From an uncultured cyanobacterium (GTDB lineage Bacteria; Cyanobacteriota; Cyanobacteriia; Cyanobacteriales; Cyanobacteriaceae), in NCBI GenBank assembly GCA_963710605.1, contig CAVQBA010000004.1:992001-1056000 (forward strand): a stretch of 64,000 nt of DNA, read 5' to 3'. Position numbers and translations under genes: made by a program. The stretch's first letter is position 1, and every line of letters begins with the position of its first letter. The notes below the pieces were generated by a model that saw only the letters and a program-made list of their open reading frames with translations, did not search any database and was not told the DNA's origin. Positions 25,401 to 33,884 of this stretch are shown in pieces.

Positions 25401-26567
25401 CCTAAGTTCTGTTGTACTTCATAAGGATCGATTAAAGTCCATTCTTGCCTATTTTGTACCCGACGCATAAATTCATCGGCGATAACTAGTTGAGGAAAGA
25501 CATCGTAGGCTTTACGACGTTGGTCGCCATTTTCGGTTTGCATTTCCAAAAATTCGGGTACATCTAAATGCCAAATATCTAAACCGACGGTAACTGCCCC
25601 TGCTCGTCTTCCTCCTTGATTAACAGCAATAGCTGTATCGTTGAGTAATTTAATCCAAGGTATTACACCACCTGAAGCGTTGTTTTTACCCATTACAGCA
25701 CTGCCTGTGGCACGTATTCTGGATACATTAACTCCTACTCCACCACCATTTTTAGAAATACGAGCGGTGTTAGTTATTTCTCGGAAAATACTTTCTAAGT
25801 TGTCGTCAATACTCACAATAAAACAACTTGTCAATGAGCCATTTGGTACTCTTAAGTTCGCCAAAATCGGTGTAGCTAAAGAAATACGACGAGATGCGAT
25901 CGCTTCGTAAAATTGACGAGCATAATGTAATCTCTCTTCAGGTGCCTCTACCATCGCTAATAATAAAGCACAAGTTAAAAACGCTTCTTGAGGTAACTCA
26001 TCATCAAGTAAATAACGATTAGTTAGTAAAACTGCCCCTGCGTAGTCATAATCTAAATCCCAGTCAGAATTAATCCAACTACCCGCTTCTTCTAATTCTG
26101 CGGTTGAATAAGTTAAAATACGATCGTCATATTTACCTTGAGCAACAAAGTCACTTACTGTTTGTACATAATTACCGTAGTTATAACCCCGACTAACTAA
26201 AATTTCTTTCCACAAACTCCAAATATATAAACGCCCAGCTACATAACGCCAATCTGGTTGCTCCAGAATCACATAATTCTAAAGCACAGTTGATTAAATT
26301 ATCTTGAATTTCTCTAGTCGTAATTCCATGACGTAAACGAGTTTTCAAACCCGATTCTAAAGCAATTGAATTAACTTCTTTGGGGTAACAAGCCCAATCA
26401 ACAACTTTTCTGATTTTACTAATGTCTAAAGGAGCAAATTGACCACTTCTTTTGATTACTTGAATTTGCTTAGGTAATTTTTCGTATCGTAACTTATCTA
26501 GATTATGCTTTACATTATCATCTATAAAAGTTTTTTTTTCTTGAACTTGATTTTTAGATGAACTCAT
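22418..26567 (-). CDS. ATP-cone + class I ribonucleotide reductase alpha (NrdA) fused to a CHAT protease; frameshift ~26270 and in-frame TGA at 22640-22642
   Basis: ATP cone IQVIKRSG..TTREIQ; RNR motifs LATPILAN, TSCF, NLCTE, CNLVS, TAIAPNTSSS; open frame continues into CHAT motifs YFYTHGG and LNACD; GAAGVIGTQCEV follows the TGA in frame. Confidence 0.8.
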
Positions 26568-26657
26568 GAAATTGATACATAAATAATTGTAATAAAATAA
26601 ATGCTTAAAATTTAGTTATAACAGTACATACTATAAAAAATCAGAATATTTATATTT

Positions 26658-28928
26658 TTACTTAACTAATTCTTGAGCTAACTTAACATCAGCAGAAGCA
26701 AATAAACTATAAACTAAACCTCTAGGATCTAACTGATTTAATAGTATTTTACGAGCCTGAAATAACGCTTCCCCTGCACAAGTTTTTTGAAAGAAAGACT
26801 TAAAGAAATGAATCATTAACTCATTAGCTAACATCTCCTTTACTTCACATTGTGTACCGATTACTCCCGCCGCACCTTTATCATGAAAAAACTGTAACAA
26901 ATTTTCAAAACTTTCAGGACTATAGCCAGCAGAATCACAAGCATTTAATACAATTAAAGGTTGATGTAGATTAAAATTAATATTCCAAGCATCTAAATCA
27001 TTTTTCTTAATTTGTTCTCCATCTCCCACTTCAAGATATGGTCTTCTAAAAATATCACTTCCTCCATGAGTATAAAAATACAAAATATCAGCAGAATTAT
27101 CAATATCGAATAAAGCAGATTCTACCTTATCTAAACTATCAAGTTTTAATAATTCCAGTATTTCTTTAGATGCTAAATTACGTAAGTTTTGCCAATGTTC
27201 ATCTAATAGATTTAATTCATTAGAAACGATCGCCTTAAACTGTAAAGGTGACTGATTACGAATTAATAAAGGTAAAGAATGCTCAGGGGTAGAAGCATGA
27301 GGCATAACTTTACAAGGTAATTGCTCAATAATATAGCGATAACCCCAAAAACTATGGGGACAAACTGTTTTGGCTTCTTCTTTTGTGCCATAACTAGGGC
27401 AATCTTCAGGATTCGCACCGTGCTGTTTCCATGTGGGACAAAGTTTAATTTTTCCTTCACGATAACTTTCTATTTTACGCTCATAAAGTAACTCCCAAGG
27501 CACACCTAATTGACTCGATAAAGGTGCTACTTGAATGATAGTTTTTGGTTGTAAATCAACTCTTAAATTTTCTCCCCTATCTATCTTATTTTTTTGCCCA
27601 GATAACTTGGGTAATAATTCTGTATAAAATGATCTGCCAATATCGGCTAATTTACCTAAATGCTTAGTTAAAACTTCTTCTGTACTCCCAATACTGCCTC
27701 CATAACCTTTTACCATTGTTTCACATAATTGAGTCCGTATTGCAGCTAAAACTTGAGTTAAATTATCATTAGTTAGTTGAGAATGTTGGCAACCTAAATC
27801 TTTTCCTGTGTTATCGTAAAATCTTAAGCCGATACGATTATAATCAATATCCCTTTCCGTTACTATGGTTAACCTACGAGGATTCTTCTTTAAAAAAGTT
27901 AATTCATCTGGATTTAAAGTAGCACTACGAGTCCAAGTAATATAAGCATCTTGTACTGGAAAAGCAGATTCTGGGGCAATATCTCCTGATTTTTCCACCA
28001 CATAAACTTCAACTCGTTTTGACTGTAATAAATACCCATGAAACATTAAATCAATATCAATACTTTGTCTTTGAGTGCGAGTAAAAGTCACAGGAAAATC
28101 AATAAATTCACTATCACCTATTTTGGAGAGTTTTAATCGTTGTTGACTAGATATGATTTCAACGTCAAAAGAATGAAGTATTACATCCATTTCTAAAGTA
28201 TCTTTATCTTCAAAAAAAGGCTCTAATAATTCTTCTGGTAAAGCAGTATCGGGAGAACCAATTCCCCAAAATTTCCCAACATTAACTTTTAAAATATACT
28301 CGGCGATTTCTAAAGCTAAAGGCTGTTGGGTATCGACAAATCGATAATGATTTAATGAATAATGATCTAATTGATAAAATCCTGTATTTATATAACGAGG
28401 CTGTATTTTATCTATACCTTTGTCTATATCTTCTCTTATAACTCCCTCATCGGAATTACTTACATCGGTAGCTGAATTAAAATAATACTCAAATTTTTCA
28501 TCTATATTGGAATTGGTAATTAACTGCTTAGGATTATCCGATTTGAAAATCTGGCTAGCGGCAACAATAATGGGTACAGAATTATTTTCATCTATACCAA
28601 AAGTAATCGGTTTATTTTCTTCTAAGTTTAATTTTTCTATATCCTGCCAAGTAGGTAATATCTGTTCGACTGATTCTTTCCCGAAGGTACTTTCAATTAA
28701 ATTCAATTTAAAGTAATTTGCTTGATATATCCTCTTTAATTCTTCATCGTTTTCAATAATTGTCATTAACGCTGGTTCAATTTCTTCTTCCCAGTCTTCA
28801 GGTGCCATTTCCAGCATATTCCCAATATTTCTTAATGACTCTAACCTTTCTGGAGGTAGAGTTGCATTGAATTCTCTTAAAGTTGGTAAAACAATAGAAA
28901 GTGTTCTATTAATATCTAAATTTGCCAT
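26658..28928 (-). CDS. CHAT-domain (clan CD) cysteine protease with helical N-terminal domain; paralog of the C-terminal half of the NrdA fusion
   Basis: VPWELLY, FWGYRYIIEQLP, YFYTHGG, LNACDS, GAAGVIGT; likely ATG at 28928 (ORF track 28976). Confidence 0.82.
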   Translation of the reverse strand: MANLDINRTLSIVLPTLREFNATLPPERLESLRNIGNMLEMAPEDWEEEIEPALMTIIENDEELKRIYQANYFKLNLIESTFGKESVEQILPTWQDIEKLNLEENKPITFGIDENNSVPIIVAASQIFKSDNPKQLITNSNIDEKFEYYFNSATDVSNSDEGVIREDIDKGIDKIQPRYINTGFYQLDHYSLNHYRFVDTQQPLALEIAEYILKVNVGKFWGIGSPDTALPEELLEPFFEDKDTLEMDVILHSFDVEIISSQQRLKLSKIGDSEFIDFPVTFTRTQRQSIDIDLMFHGYLLQSKRVEVYVVEKSGDIAPESAFPVQDAYITWTRSATLNPDELTFLKKNPRRLTIVTERDIDYNRIGLRFYDNTGKDLGCQHSQLTNDNLTQVLAAIRTQLCETMVKGYGGSIGSTEEVLTKHLGKLADIGRSFYTELLPKLSGQKNKIDRGENLRVDLQPKTIIQVAPLSSQLGVPWELLYERKIESYREGKIKLCPTWKQHGANPEDCPSYGTKEEAKTVCPHSFWGYRYIIEQLPCKVMPHASTPEHSLPLLIRNQSPLQFKAIVSNELNLLDEHWQNLRNLASKEILELLKLDSLDKVESALFDIDNSADILYFYTHGGSDIFRRPYLEVGDGEQIKKNDLDAWNINFNLHQPLIVLNACDSAGYSPESFENLLQFFHDKGAAGVIGTQCEVKEMLANELMIHFFKSFFQKTCAGEALFQARKILLNQLDPRGLVYSLFASADVKLAQELVK

Positions 28929-28976
28929 TTTTTTAAGTACATTGACAATAACTAATAAATAACAAAATAAATCCAA

Positions 28977-29153
28977 CTAATCCATTAATTTTTTTTGTGA
29001 AGATGGAATCTTGCCCTCATTTTCAGCATCTTCAATCGCTCTTTCCACCAAATAAGCCGCTAAATTAGCCACAGGACGACCTTGATTATTAGCCCATCTT
29101 TCCAAAGTTTCAAATACCTTATCTGGCAAAGTTAAATATACTCTCTTTGTCAT
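28977..29153 (-). CDS. Arc/CopG-like ribbon-helix-helix repressor, 58 aa, divergent from cas12k (not in ORF track)
   Basis: Hand translation MTKRVYLTLPDKVFETLERWANNQGRPVANLAAYLVERAIEDAENEGKIPSSQKKLMD*; occupies the regulator slot typical of V-K CASTs. Confidence 0.82.
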   Translation of the reverse strand: MTKRVYLTLPDKVFETLERWANNQGRPVANLAAYLVERAIEDAENEGKIPSSQKKLMD

Positions 29154-29291
29154 TTTATAATTCGATTATTGCAACCCCTACTATCCTATAACGAAAATAA
29201 AATATAATCTTATTTACACCATTAAAGCCACTAATTAGTAACTAATATTATGCTATAATTAATTGACATTCTTTTCATCAAATGAAATACA

Positions 29292-31163
29292 ATGAGTATC
29301 AAAACGATCGAATGTCGTCTTTATGCTTCTTCAGAAACTAAACGTTATCTTTGGCAGTTAATGGCAGATAGAAACACTCCTCTAATAAATGAGTTACTAT
29401 TTCAAGTCAGTCAACATCAAGACTTTGAAACTTGGTTTCAGACTAAAAAAATTGCTCAAAAACCCATCAAGGATATTTGTTTACCATTAAGACAACTTCC
29501 TCAATATCAAGAACAACCAGGAAGATTTTTCACGAGTGCGATTGCTTTGACTCATTACATATATAAATCATGGTTCGCAGTTCAACAGAGGCTTCAGCGA
29601 CGAATTGAAGGTAAACGTAGATGGTTTAATATTCTCAAAAGCGATTTAGAATTACAACAATTATCGGGTAACTCTATTGAAAAAATTATTACTCAAGCAG
29701 AAAAAATACTTGAGGACACTGAAACTCAGTTAAAACAAACAAAAAAAGATAGGAATAAAAAGAAAGATTCTAATTTATTCAACCACTTGATCGACGAATA
29801 CCAATCAAAAACTAATACTTTAGAACGGTGTGCGATTGCTTACTTACTCAAAAATCAATGCCAAATACCAGATGAAATAGAAGATATAGCTAAATTTGAG
29901 CAATATAGAAGAAAAAAAGAAATCGAAATCGAAAGACTTCAACAGCAACTAGAGAATCGTCTGCCGAAGGGTAGAGATTTAACTAGTAGAGAATGGTTTG
30001 ATACTTTGGCGATTGCATCAGAAAAAGTACCTGAAACTGAAAATGAAGCATCCGCTTGGCAAAGTAGCTTGTTAAGAAAATCACCGATTATTCCTTACCC
30101 AGTTAGTTATGAAACTAACACCGATTTAAGTTGGTCAAAAGATCGGCGAGGACATCTATTAGTCAAATTTAATGGTATTAGTAAACATCAGTTTGAAATA
30201 AGATGCGATAGAAGACATTTACATTGGTTTCAACGCTTTTGGGAAGATAGACAAATTTACAAACAAGATCCAACTAAATATAGCAGTGCCTTATTCACAC
30301 TTCGTTCTGCTCGTTTATTATGGCGTGAAAATAAAGGAAAAGGTAATCCTTGGGATATTCATACACTCTACTTACAATGTTCGCTAGATACTCGTTTTTG
30401 GACAGTAGAAGGTACACAAGAAATTGCTCAAACTAAAATTACTCAAACAAAAGAAAAATTAGAAAAAATTCAAGCTAAACCAGTTCTTAATTCTAATCAA
30501 GAAGCAGATCGACAACGAAAGCAATCTAGCTTAGAGAGAATCCAGAATCCTTTTCCACGACCACATAAACAACATTATAGAGGTAATCCCAATCTTATCT
30601 TAGGAGTTAGTTTTGGATTACGAAAACCTGCCACTGTTGCTGTAGTTAACGTTTTGACTCAAAAAGCGATCGTTTATCGTAGCATCAAACAATTATTGAA
30701 TGAAAACTATAAATTACTGAATCGTCAACGTCAACAGAAAATAGAATTGTCAAAACAAAGACACAAAGCCCAAAAACACGAAGGATTTAATCAAATAGGA
30801 GAGTCTAATTTAGGTGAATATGTCGATCGATTGATTGCCAAAGCGATCGTTGATATTGCCAAATCTTATCGAGTAGGTAGTATTTTTTTACCAGAACTGA
30901 AAAATATTCGTGAAATTTTACATAGTGAAGTTCAAGCTAAAGCAGAAATTAAAATTACTGGTTATAAAGAAGCTCAGAAAAAATATATGAAAGAATACCG
31001 TAAAAATTTACATCAATGGAGTTATAGCAGACTAATAGAATCAATTAGTCAACTAGCCAATCAAGAAAGAATATCCGTTGAATTTATCAAACAAAGTAAT
31101 GATGGTACACAGCAGGAAAAAGCTAAAAGGATAGCGATCGATGGTTACAATTCTCGCTCTTGA
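29292..31163 (+). CDS. cas12k: Cas12k (C2c5), nuclease-dead type V-K effector
   Basis: TIECRL..RYLWQLMADRNTPLINELL, QPGRFFTSA, RLPKGRD; RuvC-I Asp replaced (LGVSFGL); HQWSYSRL. Confidence 0.96.
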   Translation: MSIKTIECRLYASSETKRYLWQLMADRNTPLINELLFQVSQHQDFETWFQTKKIAQKPIKDICLPLRQLPQYQEQPGRFFTSAIALTHYIYKSWFAVQQRLQRRIEGKRRWFNILKSDLELQQLSGNSIEKIITQAEKILEDTETQLKQTKKDRNKKKDSNLFNHLIDEYQSKTNTLERCAIAYLLKNQCQIPDEIEDIAKFEQYRRKKEIEIERLQQQLENRLPKGRDLTSREWFDTLAIASEKVPETENEASAWQSSLLRKSPIIPYPVSYETNTDLSWSKDRRGHLLVKFNGISKHQFEIRCDRRHLHWFQRFWEDRQIYKQDPTKYSSALFTLRSARLLWRENKGKGNPWDIHTLYLQCSLDTRFWTVEGTQEIAQTKITQTKEKLEKIQAKPVLNSNQEADRQRKQSSLERIQNPFPRPHKQHYRGNPNLILGVSFGLRKPATVAVVNVLTQKAIVYRSIKQLLNENYKLLNRQRQQKIELSKQRHKAQKHEGFNQIGESNLGEYVDRLIAKAIVDIAKSYRVGSIFLPELKNIREILHSEVQAKAEIKITGYKEAQKKYMKEYRKNLHQWSYSRLIESISQLANQERISVEFIKQSNDGTQQEKAKRIAIDGYNSRS

Positions 31164-31192
31164 AAAATCAGCCTAATTTTTTAACTTAGACC

Positions 31193-31222
31193 TTGACAAA
31201 ATCAGTATATAAGTATTACTAT
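31193..31222 (+). promoter_or_regulatory. Sigma70-like promoter of tracrRNA
   Basis: TTGACA (31193-31198), 18-nt gap, TACTAT (31217-31222). Confidence 0.6.
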
Positions 31223-31225
31223 AAT

Positions 31226-31555
31226 TAATAGCGTCGCAGTCCATGTTTAAACCATAAACCCCTGCACTGTGCAAAAAATGGGTTAGTTTGACTATTAAAT
31301 AATATTCATTCTTTCTGACCCTAGTAACTGCCCGCTTCTGAGGCTGCTATCTCTAGACCTTGCAAAGAGACAGGAAAAATTGATAGAAGACGATCTTGCT
31401 ATCTTTATTCTATCGGTTAGGTACGCTCCCAGCAATAAGAAGTAAAGCAAAGAATAAGGTAATCTTCTTGGCTTAATCCTCGAGATGTGGATGTGGATGA
31501 CTACAGTGACGGTTACTAAATCACCTTCTTCACCGAAGGAATCTCACTCACATTA
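31226..31555 (+). ncRNA. Type V-K tracrRNA with internal expansions
   Basis: Conserved blocks TAATAGCG.CGCA, GGGTTAGTTTGAC, CTTTCTGACCCT.GTA.CTGC, CGCTCCCAGCAATAAG, terminal CCTTC/GAAGG hairpin; ends approximate. Confidence 0.85.
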
Positions 31556-31751
31556 ATTAATTTTGACCAATCTATAGTGAGGTTCAAATCCTTAGAAGGT
31601 TTGTCAAAAACGCCAAAGTGATACATAGTAATATTTATCTCTATGTTACCTAAAAATACTTAAGTCAATCAAGCTGATTTTGTCCAGAATTTAAGAGGTT
31701 TGTCAAAATTGGGTTGGAGAAATCTTCAGTGACTTGGTTTGGGCGTATAGA

Positions 31752-32150
31752 GTTTCAACGCTCTGATTAGTGTTTCGTAGATTGAAAGAAAAAAAGAGGC
31801 AATAAAGATTTAAAAATTGCTGGGTTTCAACGCTCTGATTAGTGTTTCGTAGATTGAAAGCATCAAGTAAAAGATATATTGCTATTTTCTACTCTGTTTC
31901 AACGCTCTGATTAGTGTTTCGTAGATTGAAAGGATCTTTCTGAAATTCAGAAAATTCCCGATTATCTGTTTCAACGCTCTGATTAGTGTTTCGTAGATTG
32001 AAAGTTTAGGATTAAAACCCGAAACCGTTGAAAGCTTGGTTGTTTCAACGCTCTGATTAGTGTTTCGTAGATTGAAAGCTAAATGGTTACTATCTCACAA
32101 TCGTGATGGTTTAGTTTCAATGCTCTGATTAGTGTTTCGTAGATTGAAAG
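31752..32150 (+). CRISPR. CRISPR array: 6 repeats (37 bp GTTTCAACGCTCTGATTAGTGTTTCGTAGATTGAAAG) and 5 spacers of 35-37 bp
   Basis: Repeats start at 31752, 31824, 31896, 31968, 32042 and 32114 (last has one C>T); TGAAAG 3' end typical of V-K. Confidence 0.97.
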
Positions 32151-32235
32151 AAACTATTGAAAGCTAAAATTTTCTTCGATACGATCGCTATTCTCAAGTT
32201 TCTCAACTATTATTTCTTTAATCTATTAAAATAGA

Positions 32236-32273
32236 TAATGTGAGTAAGATTGAAAGGCGCGCCTGTTTTGGGA
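32236..32273 (+). CRISPR. Delocalized homing crRNA: truncated repeat (AGATTGAAAG) + 17-nt spacer to tRNA-Pro
   Basis: Spacer GCGCGCCTGTTTTGGGA (32257-32273) matches the tRNA minus strand 32466-32450 at 16/17, preceded by a GTA (GTN) PAM. Confidence 0.92.
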
Positions 32274-32330
32274 TTCAAAAATGATTATTGAGCTTATTTT
32301 TGTATCTTGTAATGGTACTTTTTTAAAGTA

Positions 32331-32396
32331 GCGACATTATTTGGTTAAACTGCGACAATAATGTGTGAACAACGACACTTAATTATTGAATGTACA
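32331..32396 (-). repeat. tRNA-proximal transposon end (LE by convention) with 3 tandem TnsB sites
   Basis: Three CGACA motifs about 21 bp apart, ending TTAATTATTGAATGTACA. Confidence 0.88.
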
Positions 32397-32414
32397 TAAG
32401 GAGTATAGATGTAA
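32397..32414 (+). repeat. Right copy of the 18-bp flanking direct repeat
   Basis: TAAGGAGTATAGATGTAA, identical to 12108-12125. Confidence 0.9.
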
Positions 32415-32488
32415 TCGGGATGACAGGATTCGAACCTGCGACATCCTGCTCCCAAAGCAGGCGCGCTACCAAGCTGCGCTACATCCCG
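32415..32488 (-). tRNA. trnP: tRNA-Pro(UGG)
   Basis: CGGGATGTAGCGCAGCTTGGTAGCGCG-CCTGC-TTTGGGA-GCAGG...GGTTCGAATCC...CATCCCGA cloverleaf. Confidence 0.97.
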
Positions 32489-32557
32489 TTATTTAATGAC
32501 ATTTACTATGATAACTCACTCCCTAAATTTATGCAATACTTTTTCATAAGTTTGATT

Positions 32558-33085
32558 TTAATCTGGATACCAAAACATACCCTTAATTCCTTCTGGGTCT
32601 GGGATAAAACCTAAACGAGAATAAAATTCGACCACTTGAGGATCAGCGAACAAAGTAACATTACTAATATCATTAGCACGTAACTTATTAATGATATATC
32701 TCATAAAAGCTTTGCCTAAACCTTTACTTTGAAAACGTGGATGAATCACAACATCCCATATTGTGGCATTAAAAGAATGATCTGAAGTTGCACGAGCAAA
32801 TCCAACCAAATAAGATTTTGCACCTCTAGATTCCCAAATAGAAGCGACTAGATAGCTATTCTCTAAGGCTTTCTTGACCTTCCTTAAAGGTCTTCTTGCC
32901 CATCCGACTGAGTCACATAATTCTTCTAATTCGTATAAATCGATCGATTGATTTGTACTGAAAAAAATTTTACAGTTACCAAACAAATTAGGATCAACTG
33001 TAACCCAGTCTTTTTCTCCAGATTGTTCAGAGGAAGTATTAATATTGTCTTCAGTTTTGGTAAATAGTTTTTGTAACCAAACCAT
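32558..33085 (-). CDS. GNAT N-acetyltransferase (Ycf52-like)
   Basis: [38 protein letters not shown]. Confidence 0.88.
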   Translation of the reverse strand: MVWLQKLFTKTEDNINTSSEQSGEKDWVTVDPNLFGNCKIFFSTNQSIDLYELEELCDSVGWARRPLRKVKKALENSYLVASIWESRGAKSYLVGFARATSDHSFNATIWDVVIHPRFQSKGLGKAFMRYIINKLRANDISNVTLFADPQVVEFYSRLGFIPDPEGIKGMFWYPD

Positions 33086-33370
33086 GCCTTTATGGTTTAT
33101 TTTGTGTAAAGGTTAATATTTTCGGGCTGATTTGCTTTATTCACAAACATTTAGAAAATCATAACATAATTTAGGTTCATCGGTAAATAGTTGTTCATTG
33201 TCTTAACTATCATTTTCTCAATCTAAAAAAAGGGTGAGTGATAGGTCAAAAGGGCAAAGGTAATTTTTGCTCATTAGTATGTCAAGATAGTTTTCTCAGA
33301 TTGAGCTAATATACACAAATAAGATAACTAGATTATTAAGGATTTTAAGACTATTTAAATTAACTATTAT

Positions 33371-33847
33371 TTATTGATTTAGCTGTTTTTGTAATTTATT
33401 TTTAAACTCGGAAGAATCTTCATCTGTGGGTATTTTTTCAGCTAGAATATCAATTAATTTTTGAGGTGTCAAATTGGGATTTTGAGTTACAGTTTTTTTA
33501 CATATTATGCCAGCGATAGGTCCTATATATTCTGATAATATATTTTTAACTAGAGCTAAAAATTCTTCATTTATCTCTTGTCGTGATGATTCTGTTTTCG
33601 CTGAACTAGATGAAGTTTTAGTTTTTACTAATTCTTTTTTTTCTTCCCATGATTGAAAATAATTTTTATTTTCAACTAAAATACATAAATTATTTTTATT
33701 TTCTTGACAATATCTAATAGCTACATCTTTATTTTGCAAAGAAAATATAGGACCTTTATTAATAACTCTTTGGTTATATATTTTTTGATTTTGATTTCCG
33801 TTACTACTAGATTTTGATTCAAATTCATGCCAACTTATTATTTCCAT
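33371..33847 (-). CDS. Hypothetical cyanobacterial protein
   Basis: 158-aa ORF with C-terminal YIGPIA helical motif. Confidence 0.65.
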   Translation of the reverse strand: MEIISWHEFESKSSSNGNQNQKIYNQRVINKGPIFSLQNKDVAIRYCQENKNNLCILVENKNYFQSWEEKKELVKTKTSSSSAKTESSRQEINEEFLALVKNILSEYIGPIAGIICKKTVTQNPNLTPQKLIDILAEKIPTDEDSSEFKNKLQKQLNQ

Positions 33848-33884
33848 TTTTATTTCATAAATATTATTAATTGTTAATTATTAA

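Larger units (their letters stand above)
12126..32396. mobile_element. Type V-K CRISPR-associated Tn7-like transposon (CAST), ~20.3 kb
   Basis: TGTACA termini with a perfect 18-bp inverted repeat TGTACATTCAATAATTAA; tnsB/tnsC/tniQ with no tnsA; cas12k, tracrRNA, CRISPR array; homing spacer to the adjacent tRNA. Confidence 0.96.

Noticed and set aside
32150-32165. Post-array GAAACTATTGAAAGCT, resembling part of spacer 4 and the repeat 3' end
   Set aside because: Too short to call a further repeat or a second homing unit; no target seen for the following sequence.
32390-32614. 74-aa ORF
   Set aside because: Antisense to tRNA-Pro and overlaps the transposon end; spurious.
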